Part shown: positions 27,179-36,225 of the stretch, one piece after another | Position numbering within the stretch: the stretch's first letter is position 1 | Layout of the letters: each line of letters starts with the position of its first letter | Assembly: GCA_045544255.1 (NCBI GenBank) | Contig: JAZPYP010000028.1 | Coordinates: forward strand, 13,064-77,063 | Origin: Eubacteriales bacterium | GTDB taxonomy: Bacteria > Bacillota > Clostridia > Oscillospirales > QAKW01 | DNA length: 64,000 nucleotides | Reading direction: 5' to 3' | Made by a program: the position numbers and the translations under genes | Notes under the pieces: generated by a model | The model's input: only the letters and a program-made list of their open reading frames with translations | Told to the model about the DNA's origin: nothing | The model's database searches: none

Positions 27179-27974
27179 AAAAGGCCAATTTTTGGCATGG
27201 GAAACCATAGATACTTCTGAAGAAAAACTGCGCAGATTGCCGATGTGTCAAGGAGAGATCCCCGGCACCACCCCCTATCATCTTACCATTCCCGCGGGGC
27301 AGACCTATAAGCTTGAAGCAGATGAGGCGCATTATCATATCTTTATTCTGATTGAAGGCGAATGTCTCATGGTTTCAGGCGGAACCGAAAAACTTTTCAA
27401 TGAGCGCGTTACCTTTGTTGGCGCACCGGAAGATGAGCTGATTCTTTCCGCCAAAACAACTCTTCAGCTTGTTGAGATCGAATGGAATATCACCAGTGAA
27501 GACATTAAGCTTCGGGCGGATTATAAAACCGAATTCCCCCTTATCATCAACTATGCCGATTCCATTCAATATGTTGATCCCAATAAGAGCCCGAAAACAA
27601 TCAGCCGCATGATGATTCCCCATAAAATGATTCCCCGCTTTGCCATTGGCTCGGTTGAATCTTATGGATATGATCTGGTGCGTCCTCATTCTCATCCGAT
27701 GCTGGATCAATTCTTCTTCTCTTTCCCCGAAAATCAGATGGATCTTATTATCAATGATGAGAAGATCCCTATGGGCGGCAATGTGATTGTGCATATTCCT
27801 CTTGGCGCTGATCATGGTGTTGAAGTAACCGGAACCGATCATATGCACTATATGTGGATCGATTTCCTGCCCGATAATGAAGCAGGGCTTGCCCGCCTTG
27901 ATAAGAGCCATAAGCCTACCGGCACTGTTCGAGATCTTTCTAAAGAAGATAAATTCAGAAATAATGATAAATAA
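27168..27974 (+). CDS. Cupin-fold protein, function unknown (size and architecture of KduI/IolB-type sugar isomerases; unverified)
   Basis: 268 aa. Cupin metal motif region RPHSHPMLDQFFF ... HIPLGADHGV. RBS AAAGGAG. The start overlaps the GRE stop by 11 nt. Confidence 0.6.
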   Translation: MITEKGQFLAWETIDTSEEKLRRLPMCQGEIPGTTPYHLTIPAGQTYKLEADEAHYHIFILIEGECLMVSGGTEKLFNERVTFVGAPEDELILSAKTTLQLVEIEWNITSEDIKLRADYKTEFPLIINYADSIQYVDPNKSPKTISRMMIPHKMIPRFAIGSVESYGYDLVRPHSHPMLDQFFFSFPENQMDLIINDEKIPMGGNVIVHIPLGADHGVEVTGTDHMHYMWIDFLPDNEAGLARLDKSHKPTGTVRDLSKEDKFRNNDK

Positions 27975-27975
27975 G

Positions 27976-29055
27976 ATGAAAACAATTGATCTTTCAAAGC
28001 CCATTAAACTTCTCTCTTCGCGGGCTTGGCGCACTTATTTGGGCGGTAAAATGATTTCCCTGCTCCATGGTGAATGCGGGGAAGATGAGCATTTCCCCGA
28101 AGAATGGCTTATGTCTACCGTTGCGGCGCGCAATAGCGGCAGAGAGCATATTATTGAGGGAATCACCAAAATCGCAGAAACCGATCAAACTCTTGCAGAA
28201 CTGATAGAGAAAAACCCCATTACCCTATTAGGCGCTGATCATATTGAAAGGCATGGTCATTCCCTTGGAGTGTTGGTGAAGCTTTTGGATGCCGCCGAGC
28301 GGCTCACCCTGCAGGTTCATCCCTCAAAAGAGCGAGCAAGAGAACTATTTCAATCGGAATTCGGAAAAACTGAATGCTGGCATATTATTGACTCCCGAAA
28401 AATCAACAATGAGAAGCCATGCATCTATATCGGCTTTAAAGAAAGCATCACCCGCGCATATTGGAAGGAATGCTTTGAAAGTCAGGATATCCCCGCTATG
28501 CTGAATTGCCTTCATAAAGTTGAGGTTCAAACAGGAGATACCTTTATCATCCGCGGAGGTGTTCCCCACGGAATCGGTGCCGGATGCTTCTTGGTGGAAA
28601 TCCAGGAGCCTACCGACTATACTGTTCGTACCGAGCGGGTAACACCTTCCGGTTTTGAGGTTGCGGATTTTATGTGCCACCAAGGCCTTGGATTTGAGAA
28701 GATGTTTGATTGTTTCTCCTATGAGGGTGCTTCTCTTTCCAAAACTCTGGATCTTTATAAAGTTGAACCAATTAAAGAAAATCATAATGATTTCTCCATA
28801 GAACATCTGATCTATCCTGCTATTACCGATCTCTTCTCCATGGATATGATCTCTGTAAAAGGCCAAGCAGAGATTGACTGCGATCGATTCAGCGGAATCT
28901 ATGTTTTAGAAGGTGAAGGAACGCTCAATGGTGAGCCTGTTCAACCTTGTGATCATTATTTCCTTGGCAATGATTGCAAGCATCTGAGCATCAATGCAAA
29001 TAAAGAGAAACCTTTAAAAATCATTCGATGCTTCGGCCCGAATGTGAATCTATAA
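27976..29055 (+). CDS. Type I phosphomannose-isomerase-like cupin isomerase
   Basis: Start trimmed to MKTIDLSKPIKLLSSRAWRTYLGG, 1 nt after the cupin stop. PMI-type motifs LTLQVHPSKE, GKTECWHII and GVPHGIGAG. Confidence 0.78.
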   Translation: MKTIDLSKPIKLLSSRAWRTYLGGKMISLLHGECGEDEHFPEEWLMSTVAARNSGREHIIEGITKIAETDQTLAELIEKNPITLLGADHIERHGHSLGVLVKLLDAAERLTLQVHPSKERARELFQSEFGKTECWHIIDSRKINNEKPCIYIGFKESITRAYWKECFESQDIPAMLNCLHKVEVQTGDTFIIRGGVPHGIGAGCFLVEIQEPTDYTVRTERVTPSGFEVADFMCHQGLGFEKMFDCFSYEGASLSKTLDLYKVEPIKENHNDFSIEHLIYPAITDLFSMDMISVKGQAEIDCDRFSGIYVLEGEGTLNGEPVQPCDHYFLGNDCKHLSINANKEKPLKIIRCFGPNVNL

Positions 29056-29090
29056 AAAATCCCCACCTATTTGTACGGTGGGGATTTTTT
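29056..29090 (+). terminator. Intrinsic terminator of the glycyl-radical operon
   Basis: AAUCCCCACC-UAUUUGUAC-GGUGGGGAUU followed by UUUU, immediately after the stop. Confidence 0.8.
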
Positions 29091-29200
29091 CGCTCGTTGC
29101 TAAAGCAAAAAGCCGCTTGTCGCAAAAAAGAGCACCCACATAAGTGAGTGCTCTTGAGATAGACAGGTTATCTCTTGGAGAACTGAGGAGCGCGACGAGC
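29091..29200. repeat. Tandem duplication, distal copy (rpsI 3' end + terminator region)
   Basis: Near-identical to 29240-29372, apart from a roughly 23-nt indel and a few substitutions. Confidence 0.85.
29168..29200 (-). pseudogene. Orphan duplicate of the last 10 codons + stop of rpsI
   Basis: The 33-nt string ttatctcttggagaactgaggagcgcgacgagc is identical to 29340-29372 (rpsI C-terminus RRAPQFSKR*). Confidence 0.8.
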
Positions 29201-29239
29201 AATCCGCCCTTGGCGTATTGCTGTGCAGATGCCCCCACT

Positions 29240-29372
29240 CGCTCGTTGCTAAAGCAACAACCGCTCGGGGATGGCAAAAAGCCGCTCGTCGCAAAAGAAA
29301 AGAGCACCCACATAAGTGAGTGCTCTTGAAATAGACAGGTTATCTCTTGGAGAACTGAGGAGCGCGACGAGC
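29240..29372. repeat. Tandem duplication, proximal copy (functional rpsI 3' end + terminator)
   Basis: See 29091-29200. The repeat period is 149-172 nt. Confidence 0.85.
29293..29327 (-). terminator. rpsI intrinsic terminator
   Basis: AGAGCACUCAC-UUAU-GUGGGUGCUCU followed by UUUCUUUU on the minus strand. A second copy sits at about 29125-29157. Confidence 0.75.
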
Positions 29373-29738
29373 GGCTTTCAAACCGTACTTCTTTCTCTCC
29401 TTCATTCTGGGGTCGCGGGTAACAAAGCCGGCCTTCTTCAGAACGGGCTTCAAGGTCTCATCAGACTCGATGAGGGCGCGGGTGATACCATGACGGATAG
29501 CACCTGCCTGACCGCTAACACCACCGCCAACAACATTGACGATAACATCAAACTTACCGAGGGTGCCGGTCAGCTCCAGAGGCTGACGAACAAGCAACTT
29601 CAGGGTTTCAAGACCAAAATATTCATCCATGGTTCTGCCATTGATGGTTACATTGCCGCTACCGGGGAGCAGGCGAACTCTGGCAACAGAAGATTTTCTT
29701 CTGCCGGTGCCATAGAAATAATTTTCGTTATTATACAT
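29340..29738 (-). CDS. rpsI: 30S ribosomal protein S9
   Basis: 132 aa. Motifs [16 protein letters not shown] and a C-terminal [14 protein letters not shown]. Confidence 0.97.
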   Translation of the reverse strand: MYNNENYFYGTGRRKSSVARVRLLPGSGNVTINGRTMDEYFGLETLKLLVRQPLELTGTLGKFDVIVNVVGGGVSGQAGAIRHGITRALIESDETLKPVLKKAGFVTRDPRMKERKKYGLKAARRAPQFSKR

Positions 29739-29752
29739 CGTTTAAGTCCTCC

Positions 29753-30181
29753 TTACTTCTCGAACACTTCAGGCTTCTGAGCAGCAAGATTATGCTCAGC
29801 ACCGGAGAATACTCTCAAGCGAGTCATAGCAGCGGAAGCGATCTTGTTCTTGGGCAGCATACCCTTAACAGCCAACTCCACAGCCTGCTCGGGACGAGTT
29901 TCCATGATCCGCTTATAGCTGACCTCTTTCAGACCGCCGATATGGCCGGTATGATAACGATAGAACTTCTTGTTGAGCTTATCGCCGGTCAATACAACCT
30001 TTGCAGCGTTGAGAACGATGACACCATCGCCACCATCAACATGGGGAGTATAATCCGGACGATGCTTACCCATCAAAATGGTAGCGATCTGGGTTGCAAC
30101 GCGGCCCAAGGGCTTATCTGCTGCATCCACAATGTACCACTTGCGGGAAACTTGCTCTTGCTTTTTCATAAAAGTAGACAT
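29753..30181 (-). CDS. rplM: 50S ribosomal protein L13
   Basis: Start trimmed to MSTFMKKQEQVSRKWYIVDAADKPLGR. The GGAGG RBS lies inside the longer ORF-track N-terminus. Confidence 0.95.
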   Translation of the reverse strand: MSTFMKKQEQVSRKWYIVDAADKPLGRVATQIATILMGKHRPDYTPHVDGGDGVIVLNAAKVVLTGDKLNKKFYRYHTGHIGGLKEVSYKRIMETRPEQAVELAVKGMLPKNKIASAAMTRLRVFSGAEHNLAAQKPEVFEK

Positions 30182-30220
30182 CTTGTTTTCCTCCATAAAT
30201 CTTTCTTTTCGTGCCTTGCT

Positions 30221-30249
30221 ATTATAATATACCTTTTCGACATTGTCAA
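30221..30249 (-). promoter_or_regulatory. Consensus sigma-A promoter of rplM-rpsI
   Basis: Minus strand: TTGACA (30249-30244), 17 nt, TATAAT (30226-30221). Confidence 0.75.
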
Positions 30250-30417
30250 CACCTTTTTTTGAAAAAATTAATTTGTAGTTTTATTTCTCGCGTTTGCTCT
30301 CTTTTTCTCTGTTTTTCTTCGATTTACTCACTTTCAATTTACAAAAATAATTTGCATTTTACTAATAAAACCATTAAAATAAGAGCATCAAACAAGATTT
30401 ATGGAGGATATGCATTT

Positions 30418-31131
30418 ATGCAGCAGATCATGGGGCATCTTCGCCGCGCAATCGATGATTTCGGCATGATTAATAAAGGAGAAAAAATTGCAGTTGCCCT
30501 ATCCGGCGGAAAAGATTCCATGCTGATGCTGGAAGGGCTTAAGCGCCTCTCTCAATATCATCCCGCCGGCTTTGATCTATTTGCCATGTTTATTGATCCC
30601 GGTTTCGAAAACATAGATACCGACGGAATGCAAAACTTCTGTGATGATTTAAACGTACCTTTAGTTATCAAAAAGACCGACATTGCTCCTTTGATTTTTG
30701 ATATCCGCAGAGAAAGCAACCCCTGCTCCCTTTGCGCAAAGATGCGAAGAGCCTGCCTCCACGATACAGCCAAGGAAAACGGAGCTCGAACCATTGCATT
30801 AGGGCATCATCGGGATGATGCCATCGAAACCTTTGTTATGAATTTATTATTTGAAGGACGGATCGGTTGCTTTCAACCGGTTACCTATCTGGATCGCAAA
30901 GATGTAAATGTGATTCGCCCGATGCTATATCTTACAGAAGATCAAATTAAAAATGCAGTGATCAGAAATAACATTAAACCATTGAAAAATCCTTGCCCTA
31001 TGGACCAAGCCTCCAAGCGGCAAGAAGTAAAGGATCTTCTTTTGCGGGCGGAAGAAAAATATCCCGGCATTCGGGAGCGCCTATTTGGTGCTATCCAAAG
31101 AAGCAATTTAGAAGGATGGACGAAACCATGA
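30418..31131 (+). CDS. ttcA: TtcA-family PP-loop ATPase (tRNA thiolation enzyme-like)
   Basis: Start trimmed to MQQIMGHLRR, with RBS GGAGGA. Motifs: PP-loop ALSGGKDS, CSLCAKMRR, and GHHRDDAIETF. Confidence 0.78.
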   Translation: MQQIMGHLRRAIDDFGMINKGEKIAVALSGGKDSMLMLEGLKRLSQYHPAGFDLFAMFIDPGFENIDTDGMQNFCDDLNVPLVIKKTDIAPLIFDIRRESNPCSLCAKMRRACLHDTAKENGARTIALGHHRDDAIETFVMNLLFEGRIGCFQPVTYLDRKDVNVIRPMLYLTEDQIKNAVIRNNIKPLKNPCPMDQASKRQEVKDLLLRAEEKYPGIRERLFGAIQRSNLEGWTKP

Positions 31132-31168
31132 GACAATGCAAAAAGCTGCACGGACCTTACTTTTTCTA

Positions 31169-31196
31169 TTGACAAATGATTTATATATGTGATAAT
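31169..31196 (+). promoter_or_regulatory. Sigma-A promoter (extended -10) for the valS leader
   Basis: TTGACA (31169-31174), 16 nt, TGtGATAAT (-10 at 31191-31196). Confidence 0.6.
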
Positions 31197-31204
31197 ATTT
31201 TATA

Positions 31205-31483
31205 AAGGCATGGACAAAGAGACCATAAAGAAAAGCCCGGTGCAGAGAGGCGGCGGTTGGTGAAAGCCGCACGAGTGGTGCTTTATGGTGTAGCTTTCGA
31301 GCCGGAAGGAAGAACAGATTTTCCTATTAGACCCTTCCCGATTGGGCCGCGTAACGGTCAATGGGCAAAAAGCCCAAAGGGGCGCATAATCAAATGCGCA
31401 ATTTGAGTGGTACCGCGGGTATTGATAGTTTGGTAAATCAAGGCTCGTCTCAAAGATTTTCTTTGAGGCGAGTTTATTTTTTT
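31205..31483 (+). promoter_or_regulatory. T-box leader (tRNA-Val sensing) upstream of valS
   Basis: Stem I elements CAGAGAG and GGUUGGUGAAAGC. T-box sequence AAUUUGAGUGGUACCGCGG (31400-31418). Candidate specifier GUA at 31290-31292. A terminator follows. Confidence 0.85.
31444..31483 (+). terminator. T-box leader terminator
   Basis: 12-bp stem CUCGUCUCAAAG/CUUUGAGGCGAG followed by UUUAUUUUUUU. Confidence 0.8.
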
Positions 31484-31497
31484 AAGGAGAGAAAAAA

Positions 31498-34116
31498 ATG
31501 AAAGAACTGGAAAAGGTATATAACCCCCAGGAATTCGAAGATCGAATTTATGATTTTTGGCTGAAGGGCCGCTATTTTCATTCCGAGCCGGATGAAAGCA
31601 AGAAACCCTTTACCATCGTTATTCCGCCCCCGAATGTAACCGGCCATCTGCATATGGGCCATGCACTGGATGAAACTTTGCAGGATATCCTCATTCGCTA
31701 TAAGAGAATGCAGGGCTACAATGCCCTTTGGGTTCCCGGCACCGACCATGCAGGAATTGCAACACAAATCAAGGTGGAAGAGGTGCTTCGCAAGGAAGAG
31801 GGCCTCACCCGCTATGATCTTGGCCGCGAGAAATTTTTGGAGCGGGTTTGGGATTGGAAAAAAATGTATGGGGACAGAATCATCAATCAGCTTAAAAAGC
31901 TGGGCGCTTCCTGCGATTGGGATCGAGAGCGCTTTACCATGGATGAAGGCTGCTCCAAGGCTGTAAAAGAGGTATTTGTTAAGCTCTATGATAAGGGGCT
32001 CATCTATCGCGGAAATCGCATTATCAACTGGTGCCCCAACTGCACCACCGCCCTTTCCGATGCCGAAGTTTCATATGAAGAGCAACCGGGGCATTTTTGG
32101 CATATTCGTTATCCTGTGAAGGATAGCGATGAATTTGTTACCATTGCCACTACCCGCCCCGAAACCCTTTTGGGCGACTCGGCAGTGGCAGTGCATCCCG
32201 AAGATGAACGCTATACCCATCTGGTGGGCAAAATGCTCATTTTGCCTTTGGTTGGCAGAGAAATCCCCGTTGTTGCCGATGAATATGTGGACAAGGAATT
32301 CGGCACCGGTTGCGTAAAGATCACTCCTTGCCACGACCCCAACGACTTTGAAGTTGGCAAACGCCATAATCTGGAAGAGATCCTTATTATGGACGGTAAC
32401 GCTAAAATCAATAAAAACGGCGGAAAATATGAAGGTTTGGATCGCTATGAAGCCCGCAAACAGATTGTTCGCGATTTGGAAGAGGGCGGCTTCTTGGTAA
32501 AGATTGAGGATCATACCCATAATGTTGGCGCCTGCTACCGCTGCGGCTGCACTGTTGAGCCGATGGCTTCCCAGCAATGGTTTGTTAAGATGCAGCCCTT
32601 GGCAGAAAAATCCATTAAAGAGGTTAAAGCAGGATCCACCAAGTTTGTGCCCGATCGTTTCTCCAAGACTTATTTGAATTGGATGGAAAATGTGCATGAT
32701 TGGTGCATCTCTCGTCAGCTTTGGTGGGGCCATCGGATTCCCGCATACTATTGCGATGCCTGCGGCGAGATGATCATTGCCAAAGAAGATGTGCACACCT
32801 GCCCCAAATGCGGCGCTGCCATGCGGCAGGAAGAGGATGTGCTGGACACTTGGTTCTCCTCTGCCCTTTGGCCTTTCTCCACCCTTGGTTGGCCGGAAAA
32901 GACCAAGGAACTTGACTATTATTATCCCACAAGCGTTTTGGTTACCGGCTACGATATTATCTTCTTCTGGGTTGCAAGAATGATCTTCTCGGGCTTGGAG
33001 CAGATGGGAGAGGTTCCCTTCAGCCATGTTTTAATTCATGGTTTGGTGCGCGATAGCCAAGGCCGCAAAATGAGTAAATCCTTGGGGAACGGAATCGATC
33101 CCCTTGAAGTTATTAAAGATTTCGGTGCTGATGCCCTTCGCTTCACCCTTGCCACCGGCAATGCCCCCGGCAACGATATGCGCTATTATCCCGAACGAGT
33201 GGAGGCTTCCAGAAACTTTGCCAACAAAGTTTGGAACGCGGCTCGCTTTATCCTGATGAATTTGAAGGAAGAGGATCTCGCCTTCGACGGAAAGGATCTG
33301 CGCCCCGAAGATGAATGGATTCTGACCCGTTATAATGAAGTTGTAAAAGATGTTACCGATAATCTTGATAAATTCGAGATTGGCCTTGCATTGCAGAAGG
33401 TTTATGATTTCATTTGGGATCTCTTCTGCGATTGGTACATTGAGCTTGTGAAACCCCGCCTTTATGCCGGCGGAAAAGAAAGCGCCGGCGCTCAAAAGGT
33501 ATTGCTTTATGTATTCTCCGGTGCATTGAAGATGCTCCATCCCTTCATGCCCTTCATTACCGAAGAAATCTGGCAAGCGCTTCCCACCAATGAGGAATCC
33601 ATTATGGTTGCCTCCTTCCCCGCTTATGATGAAAATCTTAATTTTGTGCAAGGCGCTGAAAAGATGGAGCATATCATGGAAACCATCAAGGCCATTCGCA
33701 ATCGCAGAGCGGAAATGAATGTGGCCCATAGCAAAAAAGCCAACCTTTATATCGAAACCGCTCATGCCGATTGTTTTGAAGGAGCTGAAGAATTCTATCA
33801 AAAGCTGGCAAGCTGCGAAGAACTCTTTATTAATGAGCAGCCGCCGGAAGGCGCTGTGAAGCTTGTTTGCAACGGCGCAAACCTCTATATTCCCTTTGAC
33901 CAATTAGTTGATATTGCGGCTGAAATTGCGCGGCTGAAAAAAGAGCTTGAAAAAGCAGAGGGCGAACTGAAGAGAGTAGACGGAAAGCTCAAAAACGAAG
34001 GCTTCCTTGCAAAGGCACCCGCCGCCTTGATTGAAAGCGAGAAAGCCAAGCAAGAAAAATATACTGCTCTTTGCGCTTCTTTGAAGGAAAGCATTGAGGA
34101 AATGCAAAACCGATGA
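31498..34116 (+). CDS. valS: Valine--tRNA ligase
   Basis: 872 aa. HIGH-type motif [19 protein letters not shown] motif present, and a C-terminal coiled coil. Confidence 0.97.
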   Translation: MKELEKVYNPQEFEDRIYDFWLKGRYFHSEPDESKKPFTIVIPPPNVTGHLHMGHALDETLQDILIRYKRMQGYNALWVPGTDHAGIATQIKVEEVLRKEEGLTRYDLGREKFLERVWDWKKMYGDRIINQLKKLGASCDWDRERFTMDEGCSKAVKEVFVKLYDKGLIYRGNRIINWCPNCTTALSDAEVSYEEQPGHFWHIRYPVKDSDEFVTIATTRPETLLGDSAVAVHPEDERYTHLVGKMLILPLVGREIPVVADEYVDKEFGTGCVKITPCHDPNDFEVGKRHNLEEILIMDGNAKINKNGGKYEGLDRYEARKQIVRDLEEGGFLVKIEDHTHNVGACYRCGCTVEPMASQQWFVKMQPLAEKSIKEVKAGSTKFVPDRFSKTYLNWMENVHDWCISRQLWWGHRIPAYYCDACGEMIIAKEDVHTCPKCGAAMRQEEDVLDTWFSSALWPFSTLGWPEKTKELDYYYPTSVLVTGYDIIFFWVARMIFSGLEQMGEVPFSHVLIHGLVRDSQGRKMSKSLGNGIDPLEVIKDFGADALRFTLATGNAPGNDMRYYPERVEASRNFANKVWNAARFILMNLKEEDLAFDGKDLRPEDEWILTRYNEVVKDVTDNLDKFEIGLALQKVYDFIWDLFCDWYIELVKPRLYAGGKESAGAQKVLLYVFSGALKMLHPFMPFITEEIWQALPTNEESIMVASFPAYDENLNFVQGAEKMEHIMETIKAIRNRRAEMNVAHSKKANLYIETAHADCFEGAEEFYQKLASCEELFINEQPPEGAVKLVCNGANLYIPFDQLVDIAAEIARLKKELEKAEGELKRVDGKLKNEGFLAKAPAALIESEKAKQEKYTALCASLKESIEEMQNR

Positions 34117-35399
34117 AAACTTATGAAGAGGCCTTGGATTTTATCCATAGCCGAAAAAAATTCGGCGGTACATTAGGCCTTGATCGAATCAAGGCCCTAA
34201 TGGCGCAATTTGGGAACCTGCAAGATGCCATTCCCTGCATTCATATTGCAGGGACCAACGGAAAAGGCTCCACCGCCACCATGATTGCAAATGTATTAAA
34301 AAAGGCCGGTTACAAAACCGGTCTTTTTACCTCTCCCTTTATTCATGATTTTAGGGAAAGATTCAGGATCAATGATGAACTAATCTCTAAAGAACAACTT
34401 CTTGAAATTACTTCAAAAGTTAAAAACGCCTGCACCATTCTTGAAGAGCGCGGCAATGAGGCGGCAAACGAATTCGAAATTGTTACCGCCATTGGATTTC
34501 TATACTTTGCAGAGAGTAAATGCGATATCGCAGTAATTGAAACAGGGCTCGGCGGGCGCTTTGATGCCACAAATATCATCAAGGCTCCCCTTGCCTCGGT
34601 TATCTGCTCCATCTCTATGGATCATACCGCTGTTTTAGGCGATACCATTGAGAAAATCGCCCTTGAAAAAGCAGGAATCATCAAAGAAGGTTTCCCCGCG
34701 ATCCTTTATCATCGCAATCCTCAAGAAGCTCAAAGCGTTTTAAAAGCCGCTTGCAGGGAGAAAAAAGCCCGTTATACCATGGCAGATCCTTCTTTCCTGA
34801 CAATTTTAGATGACAAGGAAAATTCCTTTAAATATAAGGGATTGGATTTTTCTCTATCTTTGCAAGGGCCGCATCAAATTTCCAACGCTTTAACTGCAAT
34901 CGAAACTCTGATGCGCTTGAAAGAGGAACAAAAAATCGATTTTACGGATATTGATCTAAAAGATGGCCTTAAAGAAGCCTATATCCCCGCCCGAATGGAG
35001 CAAATCTGCCAAAAGCCCCCCATTTATATCGACGGAGGCCATAATATTGAGGGCATCGATGCATTAACAAATGCAATGGATCGATTGGGCCTTGATAATG
35101 CCGTTATTCTCTTTGGTATGATGCAGGATAAGCCCTATCAATATGCCATTCGGAAGCTTGCATTAAGAGCCCATTCCTTCATTGGCATTGAGGCCCCGCT
35201 CCCCCGCGCCATTCCCGCTTTTGAAATTCGCGATCTTGCAGAACCTTATTGCGATAATGTTTTTCATCGGGAAAGCTATGAAGAAGCGGCTGCTTTGGCC
35301 AAAGAGCAAAGCCAAGGGCGCCCCATTATTGCCTGCGGCTCTCTTTACTGCGCAGGAGAAATTAAGAATGCGCTAAAAAAGATTTTTAATGTTTCATGA
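34113..35399 (+). CDS. folC: Bifunctional folylpolyglutamate synthase / dihydrofolate synthase
   Basis: 428 aa. P-loop [11 protein letters not shown] (Mur-ligase fold). Overlaps the valS stop by 4 nt, matching the classic valS-folC synteny. Confidence 0.9.
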   Translation: MKTYEEALDFIHSRKKFGGTLGLDRIKALMAQFGNLQDAIPCIHIAGTNGKGSTATMIANVLKKAGYKTGLFTSPFIHDFRERFRINDELISKEQLLEITSKVKNACTILEERGNEAANEFEIVTAIGFLYFAESKCDIAVIETGLGGRFDATNIIKAPLASVICSISMDHTAVLGDTIEKIALEKAGIIKEGFPAILYHRNPQEAQSVLKAACREKKARYTMADPSFLTILDDKENSFKYKGLDFSLSLQGPHQISNALTAIETLMRLKEEQKIDFTDIDLKDGLKEAYIPARMEQICQKPPIYIDGGHNIEGIDALTNAMDRLGLDNAVILFGMMQDKPYQYAIRKLALRAHSFIGIEAPLPRAIPAFEIRDLAEPYCDNVFHRESYEEAAALAKEQSQGRPIIACGSLYCAGEIKNALKKIFNVS

Positions 35400-35420
35400 A
35401 AATTCGGCAAATTATACTAT

Positions 35421-35457
35421 ATCCACCCGCTATAATAGCGGGTGGATACTTTTTTAT
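35421..35457 (+). terminator. Intrinsic terminator after folC
   Basis: AUCCACCCGC-UAUAAUA-GCGGGUGGAU followed by ACUUUUUUAU. Confidence 0.65.
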
Positions 35458-35473
35458 GATCAGGAGAAGAAAA

Positions 35474-35794
35474 ATGGACTTAAGTTTTGAGCATAATTAT
35501 AACGAACTTGAAGTGAAGCTACGGGGTGAAATTGATCACCATTGCGCTTTGTCGGTGGCAAAAACCATCGATTTTAAAATCCGAAGGCATCGCCCGATTT
35601 TATTGATTTTAGATTTTGGCGGCGTTAGCTTTATGGATAGTTCGGGCCTTGCAATTGTAATGGGCAGGCAAAAATTAATGAATTCCATAGATGGATCTGT
35701 TGAGATTCGGCATCTATGCGGTTCGGCCAAGAAAATCTTTGAAATGGCTCATTTAGAAAAATACATTACTATTCAAAAGGAGGACATAAAATGA
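35474..35794 (+). CDS. spoIIAA: Anti-sigma-F factor antagonist (STAS domain)
   Basis: Start trimmed to MDLSFEHNYNELEVKLRGEIDHH, with RBS AGGAGAAG. Contains the phosphorylatable Ser context FMDSSGL. Confidence 0.85.
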   Translation: MDLSFEHNYNELEVKLRGEIDHHCALSVAKTIDFKIRRHRPILLILDFGGVSFMDSSGLAIVMGRQKLMNSIDGSVEIRHLCGSAKKIFEMAHLEKYITIQKEDIK

Positions 35795-36225
35795 AGGCTA
35801 TTAACCAAATGCGCATCACCTTTCCTTCCCGCTCGGCCAACGAGGGCTTTGCCAGAATTGCCATTGCCGCTTTCGCTGCGCAACTTGATCCGAATGTGGA
35901 AGAGATCAGCGAAATCAAAACTGCAATCAGCGAGGCAGTTACCAATGCCATTGTGCATGGATATCGACAAACGATCGGGACCATTACCCTCACAGGAAGA
36001 ATTTACGAGGACGGAAAGCTTGTTATCGTTATCAAAGATAAAGGCGAAGGAATCGATAATATCCATCAGGCGATGGAACCCCTTTATACAACCGGAAATC
36101 CGGAAGAGAGAAGCGGCATGGGCTTTACCATAATGGAAACCTTTATGGATAAAATCAAGGTAACCTCCCGCCGGGGAAACGGGACAACAGTTACCCTAAC
36201 CAAATACATAAAATCACGCAACTGA
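35791..36225 (+). CDS. spoIIAB: Anti-sigma-F factor (serine protein kinase)
   Basis: 144 aa with HATPase motifs EAVTNAIVHG, DKGEGI and ERSGMGF. Its start overlaps the spoIIAA stop. Confidence 0.9.
   Translation: MKAINQMRITFPSRSANEGFARIAIAAFAAQLDPNVEEISEIKTAISEAVTNAIVHGYRQTIGTITLTGRIYEDGKLVIVIKDKGEGIDNIHQAMEPLYTTGNPEERSGMGFTIMETFMDKIKVTSRRGNGTTVTLTKYIKSRN

Noticed and set aside
29091-29372. CRISPR-like or mobile-element repeat.
   Set aside because: There are only two copies, they contain a fragment of rpsI coding sequence plus its terminator, and there are no spacers, cas genes or transposase. It is interpreted as a local tandem duplication.
30211-30417. Long N-terminal extensions in the ORF track (ttcA-like 30211, spoIIIAA 55979, tepA 50577, spoIIAA 35396, clpB 40574, PMI-like 27877, purO 7265).
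   Set aside because: The extensions have odd composition, overlap upstream genes or promoters, and lack RBSs. Internal ATG starts with good Shine-Dalgarno sequences match the conserved family N-termini.
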